Shown here piece after piece: positions 25,801 through 41,700 of a DNA stretch of 64,000 bases (positions are counted from its first letter, which is position 1; every line of letters starts with the position of its first letter). The notes beneath the pieces are model-generated. The model worked only from the letters and a program-made list of their open reading frames with translations. It was not told the origin of the DNA and ran no database searches. The position numbers and the translations under genes were made by a program. The stretch spans positions 10,292,001 through 10,356,000 of the forward strand of contig OZ059895.1 of assembly GCA_964057225.1 (NCBI GenBank). Reading direction: 5' to 3'. Source of the DNA: Auanema rhodensis (taxonomy: Eukaryota > Animalia > Nematoda).

Positions 25801-28800
25801 TTGCACGTATTTCTAGGGCTAAAAATAAACATTTTAAAAATTTTAATTTTTCATAAAAATCGAACAAAATAGCAACTTGAGCCCGCAGGAAAATATGATT
25901 AATATGGTTCTGTGCTAACAAAATTTGTTATACCTTTTCAAGCAACTAATTCTTAGTTAAATGAGATGTAGCACGTACTTCTAGGACAAGAAATAAAATT
26001 TGTAGAATATTTAATTTTTCATAAAAATCAAACGAAATATCAAGTTGAACCCACCGCAAAACATGATTACTATGGATATATGCTTACAAAACCTAATTCA
26101 TATCATCCAACAGTTCATTCTGAGTTAAGTGAAATGTTGCCCGTAATGTTAAGACTGAAAATAAAAGTAATACATTATTTAGTTTTTCTTAAAAATCGAA
26201 CAAAATAGCAACTTGAGCCCGCCGTAAAATATGATTAATATATTTCTCTGCTAACAAAATTTGTTTTCCTTTTTTAATCAACTAGTTCTTAGTCGAATGA
26301 GATGTAGCACGTACTTCTAGGACAAGAAATAAAATTTTTAGAATTTTTAAAAATTTCATAAAAATCAAACGAAATAGCAAGTTGAACCGGCCGCAAAACA
26401 TGATTACTATGGATATATGCTTACAAAACCTAATTTATATCATCTAACAGTTCATTCTGAGTTAAGTGAGATGTTGCCCGTAATGTTAAGACTGAAAATA
26501 AAAGTAATACATTATTTAGTTTTTCTTAAAAATCGAACAAAATAGCAACATAAGCCCGCCGGAAAATATGATTAATATGGTTCTGTGCTAACAAAATTTG
26601 TTTTACTTTTTTAATCAACTACTTCTTAGTCGAATGAGATGTAGCACGTACTTCTAGGACAAGAAATAAAATTTGTAGAATATTTAATTTTTCATAAAAA
26701 TCAAACGAAATATCAAGTTGAACCCACCGCAAAACATGATTACTATGGATATATGCTTACAAAACCTAATTCATATCATCTAACAGTTCATTTTGAGTTA
26801 AGTGAGATGTTGCCCGTAATGTTAAGACTGAAAATAAAAGTAATACATTATTTAGTTTTTCATAAAAATCGAACAAAATAGCAACTTAAGCCCGCCGGAA
26901 AATATGATTAATATGGTTCTGTGCTAACAAAATTTGTTATACCTTTTCAAGCAACTAATTCTTAGTTAAATGAGATGTAGCACGTACTTCTAGGACAAGA
27001 AATAAAATTTGTAGAATATTTAATTTTTCATAAAAATCAAACGAAATAGCAAGTTGAACCGGCCGCAAAACATGATTACTGTGGATATATGCTTACAAAA
27101 CCTAATTCATATCATCTAACAGTTCATTCTGAGTTAAGTGAGATGTTGCCCGTAATGTTAAGACTGAAAATAAAAGTAATACATTATTTAGTTTTTCTTA
27201 AAAATCGAACAAAATAGCAACTTGAGCCCGCCGTAAAATATGATTAATATATTTCTCTGCTAACAAAATTTGTTTTACTTTTTTAATCAACTACTTCTTA
27301 GTCGAATGAGATGTAGCACGTACTTCTAGGACAAGAAATAAAATTTTTAGAATTTTTAATTTTTCATAAAAATCAAACGAAATAGCAAGTTGAACCCACC
27401 GCAAAACATGATTACTATGGATATATGCTTACAAAACCTAATTCATATCATCTAACAGTTCATTTTGAGTTAAGTGAGATGTTGCCCGTAATGTTAAGAC
27501 TGAAAATAAAAGTAATACATTATTTAGTTTTTCATAAAAATCGAACAAAATAGCAACTTAAGCCCGCCGGAAAATATGATTAATATGGTTCTGTGCTAAC
27601 AAAATTTGTTATACCTTTTCAAGCAACTAATTCTTAGTTAAATGAGATGTAGCACGTACTTCTAGGACAAGAAATAAAATTTGTAGAATATTTAATTTTT
27701 CATAAAAATCAAACGAAATAGCAAGTTGAACCGGCCGCAAAACATGATTACTATGGATATATGCTTACAAAACCTAATTCATATCATCTAACAGTTCATT
27801 CTGAGTTAAGTAAGATGTTGCCCGTAATGTTAAGACTGAAAATAAAAGTAATACATTATTTAGTTTTTCTTAAAAATCGAACAAAATAGCAACTTAAGCC
27901 CGCCGGAAAATATGATTAATATGGTTCTGTGCTAACAAAATTTGTTATACCTTTTCAAGCAACTAATTCTTAGTTAAATGAGATGTAGCACGTACTTCTA
28001 GGACAAGAAATAAAATTTGTAGAATATTTAATTTTTCATAAAAATCAAACGAAATATCAAGTTGAACCCACCGCAAAACATGATTACTATGGATATATGC
28101 TTACAAAACCTAATTCATATCATCTAACAGTTCATTTTGAGTTAAGTGAGATGTTGCCCGTAATGTTAAGACTGAAAATAAAAGTAATACATTATTTAGT
28201 TTTTCTTAAAAATCGAACAAAATAGCAACTTAAGCCCGCCGGAAAATATGATTAATATGGTTCTGTGCTAACAAAATTTGTTATACCTTTTCAAGCAACT
28301 AATTCTTAGTTAAATGAGATGTAGCACGTACTTCTAGGACAAGAAATAAAATTTGTAGAATATTTAATTTTTCATAAAAATCAAACGAAATATCAAGTTG
28401 AACCCACCGCAAAACATGATTACTATGGATATATGCTTACAAAACCTAATTCATATCATCTAACAGTTCATTTTGAGTTAAGTGAGATGTTGCCCGTAAT
28501 GTTAAGACTGAAAATAAAAGTAATACATTATTTAGTTTTTCTTAAAAATCGAACAAAATAGCAACTTGAGCCCGCCGTAAAATATGATTAATATATTTCT
28601 CTGCTAACAAAATTTGTTTTACTTTTTTAATCAACTACTTCTTAGTCGAATGAGATGTAGCACGTACTTCTAGGACAAGAAATAAAATTTTTAGAATTTT
28701 TAATTTTTCATAAAAATCAAACGAAATAGCAAGTTGAACCGGCCGCAAAACATGATTACTATGGGTATATGCTTACAAAACCTAATTCATATCATCTAAC

Positions 28801-29779
28801 AGTTCATTCTGAGTTAAGTGAGATGTTGCCCGTAATGTTAAGACTGAAAATAAAAGTAATACATTATTTAGTTTTTCTTAAAAATCGAACAAAATAGCAA
28901 CTTAAGCCCGCCGGAAAATATGATTAATATGGTTCTGTGCTAACAAAATTTGTTTTACTTGTTTAATCAACTAATTCTCAGTTGAATGAGATGTAGCACG
29001 TACTTCTAGGACAAGAAATAAAATTTGTAGAATATTTAATTTTTCATAAAAATCAAACGAAATATCAAGTTGAACCGGCCGCAAAACATGATTACTATGG
29101 ATATATGCTTACAAAACCTAATTCATATCATCTAACAGTTCATTCTGAGTTAAGTGAGATGTTGCCCGTAATGTTAAGACTGAAAATAAAAGTAATACAT
29201 TATTTAGTTTTTCTTAAAAATTAAAACTTAAAAATCGAACAAAATAGCAACTTGAGCCCGCCGTAAAATATGATTAATATATTTCTCTGCTAACAAAATT
29301 TGTTTTACTTTTTTAATCAACTACTTCTTAGTCGAATGAGATGTAGCACGTACTTCTAGGACAAGAAATAAAATTTGTAGAATATTTAATTTTTCATAAA
29401 AATCAAACGAAATATCAAGTTGAACCGGCCGCAAAACATGATTACTATGGATATATGCTTTTCTTAAAAATTAAAACTTAAAAATCGAACAAAATAGCAA
29501 CTTGAGCCCGCCGTAAAATATGATTAATATATTTCTCTGCTAACAAAATTTGTTTTACTTTTTTAATCAACTACTTCTTAGTCGAATGAGATGTAGCACG
29601 TACTTCTAAATTTGTAGAATATTTAATTTTTCACAAAAATCAAACGAAATATCAAGTTGAACCGGCCGCAAAACATGATTACTATGGATATATGCTTTTC
29701 TTAAAAATTAAAACTTAAAAATCGAACAAAATAGCAACTTGAGCCCGCCGGAAAATATGATTAATATATTTCTCTGCTA

Positions 29780-32700
29780 ACAAAACTTGTTTTACTTTTT
29801 TAATCAACTAATTCTCAGTTGAATGAGATGTAGCACGTACTTCTAGGACAAGAAATAAAATTTTTAGAATATTTATTTTTTCATAAAAATCAAACGAAAT
29901 ATCAAGTTGAACCGGCCGCAAAACATGATTACTATGGATATATGCTTACAAAACCAAATTTTTATTATCAAACTGTCGATTTTCAGTTGCATAAGATGAT
30001 GCACGTATTTCTAGGGCTAAAAATAAACATTTTAAAACTTTTAATTTTTCATAAAAATTGAACAAAATAGCAACTTGAGCCCGCCGGAGAATATGATTAA
30101 TATATTTCTGTGCTAACAAAAATTGTTTTACTCTTTTTAATCAACTAATTCTCAGTTGAATGAGATGTAGCACGTACTTCTAGGACAAGAAATAAATTTT
30201 TTAGAATATTTATTTTTTCATAAAAATCAAACGAAATAGCAAGTTGAACCTGCCGCAAAACATGATTACTATGGATATATGCTTACAAAACCAAAATTAT
30301 ATTATCACATTGTCGCTTTTCAGTTGAATAAGATGATGCACGTATTTCTAGGGCTGAAAATAAACATTTTAAAATTTTTCATAAAAATCGAACAAAATAG
30401 CAACTTGAGCCCGCCGTAAAATATGATTAATATGGTTCTGTGCTAACAAAATTTGTTATAGCTTTTCAATCAACTAATTCTTAGTTAAATGAGATGTAGC
30501 ACGTACTTCTAGGACAGGAAATAAAATTTGTAGAATATTTAATTTTTCATAAAAATCAAACGAAATATCAAGTTGAACCCACCGCAAAACATGATTACTA
30601 TGGATATATGCTTACAAAACCTAATTTATATTATCAAATAGTTAATTTTGAGTTGAATGAGATGTTGCATGTATTTCTAAGGCTAAAAATAAACATTTTT
30701 AAAATTTTAATTTTTCATAAAAATCGAACAAAATAGCAACTTGAGCCCGCCGGAAAATATGATTAATATGGTTCTGTGCTAACAAAATTTGTTTTACTCT
30801 TTTTAATAAACTAATTCTCAGTTGAATGAGATGTAGCACGTACTTCTAGGACAAGAAATAAAATTTTTAGAATATTTATTTTTTCATAAAAATCAAACGA
30901 AATAGCAAGTTGAACCCACCGCAAAACATGATTACTATGGATATATGCTTACAAAACCTAATTCATATCATCTAACAGTTCATTCTGAGTTGAGTGAGAT
31001 GTTGCCCGTAATGTTAAGACTGAAAAAAAAAGTAATACATTATTTAGTTTTTCTTAAAAATCGAACAAAATAGCAACTTGAGCCCGCCGGAAAATATGAT
31101 TAATATATTTCTCTGCTAACAAAACTTGTTTTACTTTTTTAATCAACTAATTCTCAGTTGAATGAGATGTAGCACGTACTTCTAGGACAAGGAATAAAAT
31201 TTTTAGAATATTTATTTTTTCATAAAAATCAAACGAAATATCAAGTTGAACCGGCCGCAAAACATGATTACTATGGATATATGCTTACAAAACCAAATTT
31301 TTATCATCAAACTGTCGATTTTCAGTTGCATAAGATGATGCACGTATTTCTAGGGCTAAAAATAAACATTTTAAAACTTTTAATTTTTCATAAAAATTGA
31401 ACAAAATAGCAACTTGAGCCCGCCGGAAAATATGATTAATATATTTCTCTGCTAACAAAACTTGTTTTACTTTTTTAATCAACTAATTCTCAGTTGAATG
31501 AGATGTAGCACGTACTTCTAGGACAAGAAATAAAATTTTTAGAATATTTATTTTTTCATAAAAATCAAACGAAATATCAAGTTGAACCGGCCGCAAAACA
31601 TGATTACTATGGATATATGCTTACAAAACCAAATTTTTATTATCAAACTGTCGATTTTCAGTTGCATAAGATGATGCACGTATTTCTAGGGCTAAAAATA
31701 AACATTTTAAAACTTTTAATTTTTCATAAAAATTGAACAAAATAGCAACTTGAGCCCGCCGGAAAATGTGATTAATATATTTCTCTGCTAACAAAACTTG
31801 TTTTACTTTTTTAATCAACTAATTCTCAGTTGAATGAGATGTAGCACGTACTTCTAGGACAAGAAATAAATTTTTTAGAATATTTATTTTTTCATAAAAA
31901 TCAAACGAAATAGCAAGTTGAACCTGCCGCAAAACATGATTACTATGGATATATGCTTACAAAACCAAAATTATATTATCACATTGTCGCTTTTCAGTTG
32001 AATAAGATGATGCACGTATTTCTAGGGCTGAAAATAAACATTTTAAAATTTTTCATAAAAATCGAACAAAATAGCAACTTGAGCCCGCCGGAAAATATGA
32101 TTAATATGGTTCTGTGCTAACAAAATTTGTTATAGCTTTTCAATCAACTAATTCTTAGTTAAATGAGATGTAGCACGTACTTCTAGGACAGGAAATAAAA
32201 TTTGTAGAATATTTAATTTTTCATAAAAATCAAACGAAATATCAAGTTGAACCCACCGCAAAACATGATTACTATGGATATATGCTTACAAAACCTAATT
32301 TATATTATCAAATAGTTAATTTTGAGTTGAATGAGATGTTGCATGTACTTCTAGGGCTAAAAATAAACATTTTAAAATTTTTAATTTTTCATAAAAATCG
32401 AACAAAATAGCAACTTGAGCCCGCCGGAAAATATGATTAATATGGTTCTGTGCTAACAAAATTTGTTTTACTTTTTTAATCAACTAATTCTCAGTTGAAT
32501 GAGATGTAGCACGTACTTCTAGGACAAGAAATAAAATTTTTAGAATATTTAATTTTTCATAAAAATCAAACGAAATAGCAAGTTGAACCCGCCGCAAAAC
32601 ATGATTACTATGGATATATGCTTACAAAACCAAAATTATTTTATCAAACTGTCGATTTTCAGTTGAATAAGATGATGCACGTATTTCTAGGGCTAAAAAT

Positions 32701-35700
32701 AAACATTTTAAAATTTTTAATTTTTCATAAAAATCGAACAAAATAGCAACTTGAGCCCGCCGTAAAATATGATTAATATATTTCTCTGCTAACAAAATTT
32801 GTTTTTACTTTTTTTATCAACTAATTTTCAGTTGAATGAGATGTAGCACGTACTTCTAGGACAAGAAATAAAATTTTTAGAATATTTCATTTTTCATAAA
32901 AATCAAACGAAATATCAAGTTGAACCCACCGCAAAACATGATTACTATGGATATATGCTTACAAAACCTAAATTATATTGTCAAATAGTAAATTTTGAGT
33001 TGAATGAGATGTTGCACGTATTTCTAGGGCTAAAAATAAACATTTTTAAAATTTTAATTTTTCATAAAAATCGAACAAAATAGCAACTTGAGCCCGCCGG
33101 AAAATATGATTAATATGGTTCTGTGCTAACAAAATTTGTTTTACTCTTTTTAATCAACTAATTCTCAGTTGAATGAGATGTAGAACGTACTTCTAGGACA
33201 AGAAATAAAATTTTTAGAATATTTATTTTTTCATAAAAATCAAACGAAATATCAAGTTGAACCCGCCGCAAAACATGATTACTATGGATATATGCTTACA
33301 AAACCTAATTCATATCATCTAACAGTTCATTCTGAGTTGAGTGAGATGTTGCCCGTAATGTTAAGACTGAAAATAAAAGTAATACATTATTTAGTTTTTC
33401 TTAAAAATCGAACAAAATAGCAACTTGAGCCTGCCGGAAAATATGATTAATATATTTCTCTGCTAACAAAACTTGTTTTACTTTTTTAATCAACTAATTC
33501 TCAGTTGAATGAGATGTAGCACGTACTTCTAGGACAAGAAATAAAATTTTTAGAATATTTATTTTTTCATAAAAATCAAACGAAATATCAAGTTGAACCG
33601 GCCGCAAAACATGATTACTATGGATATATGCTTACAAAACCAAATTTTTATCATCAAACTGTCGATTTTCAGTTGCATAAGATGATGCACGTATTTCTAG
33701 GGCTAAAAATAAACATTTTAAAACTTTTAATTTTTCATAAAAATTGAACAAAATAGCAACTTGAGCCCGCCGGAAAATATGATTAATATATTTCTCTGCT
33801 AACAAAACTTGTTTTACTTTTTTAATCAACTAATTCTCAGTTGAATGAGATGTAGCACGTACTTCTAGGACAAGAAATAAAATTTTTAGAATATTTATTT
33901 TTTCATAAAAATCAAACGAAATATCAAGTTGAACCGGCCGCAAAACATGATTACTATGGATATATGCTTACAAAACCAAATTTTTATCATCAAACTGTCG
34001 ATTTTCAGTTGCATAAGATGATGCACGTATTTCTAGGGCTAAAAATAAACATTTTAAAACTTTTAATTTTTCATAAAAATTGAACAAAATAGCAACTTGA
34101 GCCCGCCGGAAAATATGATTAATATATTTCTCTGCTAACAAAACTTGTTTTACTTTTTTAATCAACTAATTCTCAGTTGAATGAGATGTAGCACGTACTT
34201 CTAGGACAAGAAATAAAATTTTTAGAATATTTATTTTTTCATAAAAATCAAACGAAATATCAAGTTGAACCGGCCGCAAAACATGATTACTATGGATATA
34301 TGCTTACAAAACCAAATTTTTATTATCAAACTGTCCATTTTCAGTTGCATAAGATGACGCACGTATTTCTAGGGCTAAAAATAAACATTTTAAAACTTTT
34401 AATTTTTCATAAAAATTGAACAAAATAGCAACTTGAGCCCGCCGGAGAATATGATTAATATATTTCTGTGCTAACAAAAATTGTTTTACTCTTTTTAATC
34501 AACTAATTCTTAGTTAAATGAGATGTAGCACGTACTTCTAGGACAGGAAATAAAATTTGTAGAATATTTAATTTTTCATAAAAATCAAACGAAATATCAA
34601 GTTGAACCCACCGCAAAACATGATTACTATGGATATATGCTTACAAAACCTAATTTATATTATCAAATAGTTAATTTTGAGTTGAATGAGATGTTGCATG
34701 TACTTCTAGGGCTAAAAATAAACATTTTAAAATTTTTAATTTTTCATAAAAATCGAACAAAATAGCAACTTGAGCCCGCCGGAAAATATGATTAATATGG
34801 TTCTGTGCTAACAAAATTTGTTTTACTTTTTTAATCAACTAATTCTTAGTTGAATGAGATGTAGCACGTACTTCTAGGACAAGAAATAAAATTTTTAGAA
34901 TATTTAATTTTTCATAAAAATCAAACGAAATAGCAAGTTGAACCCGCCGCAAAACATGATTACTATGGATATATGCTTACAAAACCAAAATTATTTTATC
35001 AAACTGTCGATTTTCAGTTGAATAAGATGATGCACGTATTTCTAGGGCTAAAAATAAACATTTTAAAATTTTTAATTTTTCATAAAAATCGAACAAAATA
35101 GCAACTTGAGCCCGCCGGAGAATATGATTAATATATTTCTGTGCTAACAAAAATTGTTTTACTCTTTTTAATCAACTAATTCTCAGTTGAATGAGATGTA
35201 GCACGTACTTCTAGGACAAGAAATAAATTTTTTAGAATATTTAATTTTTCATAAAAATCAAACGAAATAGCAAGTTGAACCCGCCGCAAAACATGATTAC
35301 TATGGATATATGCTTACAAAACCAAAATTATTTTATCAAACTGTCGATTTTCAGTTGAATAAGATGATGCACGTATTTCTAGGGCTAAAAATAAACATTT
35401 TAAAATTTTTAATTTTTCATAAAAATCGAACAAAATAGCAACTTGAGCCCGCCGGAGAATATGATTAATATATTTCTGTGCTAACAAAAATTGTTTTACT
35501 CTTTTTAATCAACTAATTCTCAGTTGAATGAGATGTAGCACGTACTTCTAGGACAAGAAATAAATTTTTTAGAATATTTATTTTTTCATAAAAATCAAAC
35601 GAAATAGCAAGTTGAACCTGCCGCAAAACATGATTACTATGGATATATGCTTACAAAACCAAAATTATATTATCACATTGTCGCTTTTCAGTTGAATAAG

Positions 35701-38700
35701 ATGATGCACGTATTTCTAGGGCTGAAAATAAACATTTTAAAATTTTTCATAAAAATCGAACAAAATAGCAACTTGAGCCCGCCGGAAAATATGATTAATA
35801 TGGTTCTGTGCTAACAAAATTTGTTATAGCTTTTCAATCAACTAATTCTTAGTTAAATGAGATGTAGCACGTACTTCTAGGACAGGAAATAAAATTTGTA
35901 GAATATTTAATTTTTCATAAAAATCAAACGAAATATCAAGTTGAACCCACCGCAAAACATGATTACTATGGATATATGCTTACAAAACCTAATTTATATT
36001 ATCAAATAGTTAATTTTGAGTTGAATGAGATGTTGCATGTATTTCTAAGGCTAAAAATAAACATTTTTAAAATTTTAATTTTTCATAAAAATCGAACAAA
36101 ATAGCAACTTGAGCCCGCCGGAAAATATGATTAATATGGTTCTGTGCTAACAAAATTTGTTTTACTCTTTTTAATCAACTAATTCTCAGTTGAATGAGAT
36201 GTAGCACGTACTTCTAGGACAAGAAATAAAATTTTTAGAATATTTATTTTTTCATAAAAATCAAACGAAATAGCAAGTTGAACCCACCGCAAAACATGAT
36301 TACTATGGATATATGCTTACAAAACCTAATTCATATCATCTAACAGTTCATTCTGAGTTGAGTGAGATGTTGCCCGTAATGTTAAGACTGAAAAAAAAAG
36401 TAATACATTATTTAGTTTTTCTTAAAAATCGAACAAAATAGCAACTTGAGCCCGCCGGAAAATATGATTAATATATTTCTCTGCTAACAAAACTTGTTTT
36501 ACTTTTTTAATCAACTAATTCTCAGTTGAATGAGATGTAGCACGTACTTCTAGGACAAGGAATAAAATTTTTAGAATATTTATTTTTTCATAAAAATCAA
36601 ACGAAATATCAAGTTGAACCGGCCGCAAAACATGATTACTATGGATATATGCTTACAAAACCAAATTTTTATTATCAAACTGTCGATTTTCAGTTGCATA
36701 AGATGATGCACGTATTTCTAGGGCTAAAAATAAACATTTTAAAACTTTTAATTTTTCATAAAAATTGAACAAAATAGCAACTTGAGCCCGCCGGAGAATA
36801 TGATTAATATATTTCTGTGCTAACAAAAATTGTTTTACTCTTTTTAATCAACTAATTCTTAGTTAAATGAGATGTAGCACGTACTTCTAGGACAGGAAAT
36901 AAAATTTGTAGAATATTTAATTTTTCATAAAAATCAAACGAAATATCAAGTTGAACCCACCGCAAAACATGATTACTATGGATATATGCTTACAAAACCT
37001 AATTTATATTATCAAATAGTTAATTTTGAGTTGAATGAGATGTTGCATGTACTTCTAGGGCTAAAAATAAACATTTTAAAATTTTTAATTTTTCATAAAA
37101 ATCGAACAAAATAGCAACTTGAGCCCGCCGGAAAATATGATTAATATGGTTCTGTGCTAACAAAATTTGTTTTACTTTTTTAATCAACTAATTCTTAGTT
37201 GAATGAGATGTAGCACGTACTTCTAGGACAAGAAATAAAATTTTTAGAATATTTAATTTTTCATAAAAATCAAACGAAATAGCAAGTTGAACCCGCCGCA
37301 AAACATGATTACTATGGATATATGCTTACAAAACCAAAATTATTTTATCAAACTGTCGATTTTCAGTTGAATAAGATGATGCACGTATTTCTAGGGCTAA
37401 AAATAAACATTTTAAAATTTTTAATTTTTCATAAAAATCGAACAAAATAGCAACTTGAGCCCGCCGGAGAATATGATTAATATATTTCTGTGCTAACAAA
37501 AATTGTTTTACTCTTTTTAATCAACTAATTCTCAGTTGAATGAGATGTAGCACGTACTTCTAGGACAAGAAATAAATTTTTTAGAATATTTATTTTTTCA
37601 TAAAAATCAAACGAAATAGCAAGTTGAACCTGCCGCAAAACATGATTACTATGGATATATGCTTACAAAACCAAAATTATATTATCACATTGTCGCTTTT
37701 CAGTTGAATAAGATGATGCACGTATTTCTAGGGCTGAAAATAAACATTTTAAAATTTTTCATAAAAATCGAACAAAATAGCAACTTGAGCCCGCCGGAAA
37801 ATATGATTAATATGGTTCTGTGCTAACAAAATTTGTTATAGCTTTTCAATCAACTAATTCTTAGTTAAATGAGATGTAGCACGTACTTCTAGGACAGGAA
37901 ATAAAATTTGTAGAATATTTAATTTTTCATAAAAATCAAACGAAATATCAAGTTGAACCCACCGCAAAACATGATTACTATGGATATATGCTTACAAAAC
38001 CTAATTTATATTATCAAATAGTTAATTTTGAGTTGAATGAGATGTTGCATGTATTTCTAAGGCTAAAAATAAACATTTTTAAAATTTTAATTTTTCATAA
38101 AAATCGAACAAAATAGCAACTTGAGCCCGCCGGAAAATATGATTAATATGGTTCTGTGCTAACAAAATTTGTTTTACTCTTTTTAATCAACTAATTCTCA
38201 GTTGAATGAGATGTAGCACGTACTTCTAGGACAAGAAATAAAATTTTTAGAATATTTATTTTTTCATAAAAATCAAACGAAATAGCAAGTTGAACCCACC
38301 GCAAAACATGATTACTATGGATATATGCTTACAAAACCTAATTCATATCATCTAACAGTTCATTCTGAGTTGAGTGAGATGTTGCCCGTAATGTTAAGAC
38401 TGAAAAAAAAAGTAATACATTATTTAGTTTTTCTTAAAAATCGAACAAAATAGCAACTTGAGCCCGCCGGAAAATATGATTAATATATTTCTCTGCTAAC
38501 AAAACTTGTTTTACTTTTTTAATCAACTAATTCTCAGTTGAATGAGATGTAGCACGTACTTCTAGGACAAGGAATAAAATTTTTAGAATATTTATTTTTT
38601 CATAAAAATCAAACGAAATATCAAGTTGAACCGGCCGCAAAACATGATTACTATGGATATATGCTTACAAAACCAAATTTTTATCATCAAACTGTCGATT

Positions 38701-41700
38701 TTCAGTTGCATAAGATGATGCACGTATTTCTAGGGCTAAAAATAAACATTTTAAAACTTTTAATTTTTCATAAAAATTGAACAAAATAGCAACTTGAACC
38801 CGCCGGAAAATATGATTAATATATTTCTCTGCTAACAAAACTTGTTTTACTTTTTTAATCAACTAATTCTCAGTTGAATGAGATGTAGCACGTACTTCTA
38901 GGACAAGAAATAAAATTTTTAGAATATTTATTTTTTCATAAAAATCAAACGAAATATCAAGTTGAACCGGCCGCAAAACATGATTACTATGGATATATGC
39001 TTACAAAACCAAATTTTTATTATCAAACTGTCGATTTTCAGTTGCATAAGATGATGCACGTATTTCTAGGGCTAAAAATAAACATTTTAAAACTTTTAAT
39101 TTTTCATAAAAATTGAACAAAATAGCAACTTGAGCCCGCCGGAAAATATGATTAATATATTTCTCTGCTAACAAAACTTGTTTTACTTTTTTAATCAACT
39201 AATTCTCAGTTGAATGAGATGTAGCACGTACTTCTAGGACAAGAAATAAATTTTTTAGAATATTTATTTTTTCATAAAAATCAAACGAAATAGCAAGTTG
39301 AACCTGCCGCAAAACATGATTACTATGGATATATGCTTACAAAACCAAAATTATATTATCACATTGTCGCTTTTCAGTTGAATAAGATGATGCACGTATT
39401 TCTAGGGCTGAAAATAAACATTTTAAAATTTTTCATAAAAATCGAACAAAATAGCAACTTGAGCCCGCCGGAAAATATGATTAATATGGTTCTGTGCTAA
39501 CAAAATTTGTTATAGCTTTTCAATCAACTAATTCTTAGTTAAATGAGATGTAGCACGTACTTCTAGGACAGGAAATAAAATTTGTAGAATATTTAATTTT
39601 TCATAAAAATCAAACGAAATATCAAGTTGAACCCACCGCAAAACATGATTACTATGGATATATGCTTACAAAACCTAATTTATATTATCAAATAGTTAAT
39701 TTTGAGTTGAATGAGATGTTGCATGTACTTCTAGGGCTAAAAATAAACATTTTAAAATTTTTAATTTTTCATAAAAATCGAACAAAATAGCAACTTGAGC
39801 CCGCCGGAAAATATGATTAATATGGTTCTGTGCTAACAAAATTTGTTTTACTTTTTTAATCAACTAATTCTCAGTTGAATGAGATGTAGCACGTACTTCT
39901 AGGACAAGAAATAAAATTTTTAGAATATTTAATTTTTCATAAAAATCAAACGAAATAGCAAGTTGAACCCGCCGCAAAACATGATTACTATGGATATATG
40001 CTTACAAAACCAAAATTATTTTATCAAACTGTCGATTTTCAGTTGAATAAGATGATGCACGTATTTCTAGGGCTAAAAATAAACATTTTAAAATTTTTAA
40101 TTTTTCATAAAAATCGAACAAAATAGCAACTTGAGCCCGCCGTAAAATATGATTAATATATTTCTCTGCTAACAAAATTTGTTTTTACTTTTTTTATCAA
40201 CTAATTTTCAGTTGAATGAGATGTAGCACGTACTTCTAGGACAAGAAATAAAATTTTTAGAATATTTCATTTTTCATAAAAATCAAACGAAATATCAAGT
40301 TGAACCCACCGCAAAACATGATTACTATGGATATATGCTTACAAAACCTAAATTATATTGTCAAATAGTAAATTTTGAGTTGAATGAGATGTTGCACGTA
40401 TTTCTAGGGCTAAAAATAAACATTTTTAAAATTTTAATTTTTCATAAAAATCGAACAAAATAGCAACTTGAGCCCGCCGGAAAATATGATTAATATGGTT
40501 CTGTGCTAACAAAATTTGTTTTACTCTTTTTAATCAACTAATTCTCAGTTGAATGAGATGTAGAACGTACTTCTAGGACAAGAAATAAAATTTTTAGAAT
40601 ATTTATTTTTTCATAAAAATCAAACGAAATATCAAGTTGAACCCGCCGCAAAACATGATTACTATGGATATATGCTTACAAAACCTAATTCATATCATCT
40701 AACAGTTCATTCTGAGTTGAGTGAGATGTTGCCCGTAATGTTAAGACTGAAAATAAAAGTAATACATTATTTAGTTTTTCTTAAAAATCGAACAAAATAG
40801 CAACTTGAGCCTGCCGGAAAATATGATTAATATATTTCTCTGCTAACAAAACTTGTTTTACTTTTTTAATCAACTAATTCTCAGTTGAATGAGATGTAGC
40901 ACGTACTTCTAGGACAAGAAATAAAATTTTTAGAATATTTATTTTTTCATAAAAATCAAACGAAATATCAAGTTGAACCGGCCGCAAAACATGATTACTA
41001 TGGATATATGCTTACAAAACCAAATTTTTATCATCAAACTGTCGATTTTCAGTTGCATAAGATGATGCACGTATTTCTAGGGCTAAAAATAAACATTTTA
41101 AAACTTTTAATTTTTCATAAAAATTGAACAAAATAGCAACTTGAGCCCGCCGGAAAATATGATTAATATATTTCTCTGCTAACAAAACTTGTTTTACTTT
41201 TTTAATCAACTAATTCTCAGTTGAATGAGATGTAGCACGTACTTCTAGGACAAGAAATAAAATTTTTAGAATATTTATTTTTTCATAAAAATCAAACGAA
41301 ATATCAAGTTGAACCGGCCGCAAAACATGATTACTATGGATATATGCTTACAAAACCAAATTTTTATTATCAAACTGTCGATTTTCAGTTGCATAAGATG
41401 ATGCACGTATTTCTAGGGCTAAAAATAAACATTTTAAAACTTTTAATTTTTCATAAAAATTGAACAAAATAGCAACTTGAGCCCGCCGGAAAATATGATT
41501 AATATATTTCTCTGCTAACAAAACTTGTTTTACTCTTTTTAATCAACTAATTCTCAGTTGAATGAGATGTAGCACGTACTTCTAGGACAAGAAATAAAAT
41601 TTTTAGAATATTTATTTTTTCATAAAAATCAAACGAAATATCAAGTTGAACCGGCCGCAAAACATGATTACTATGGATATATGCTTACAAAACCAAATTT

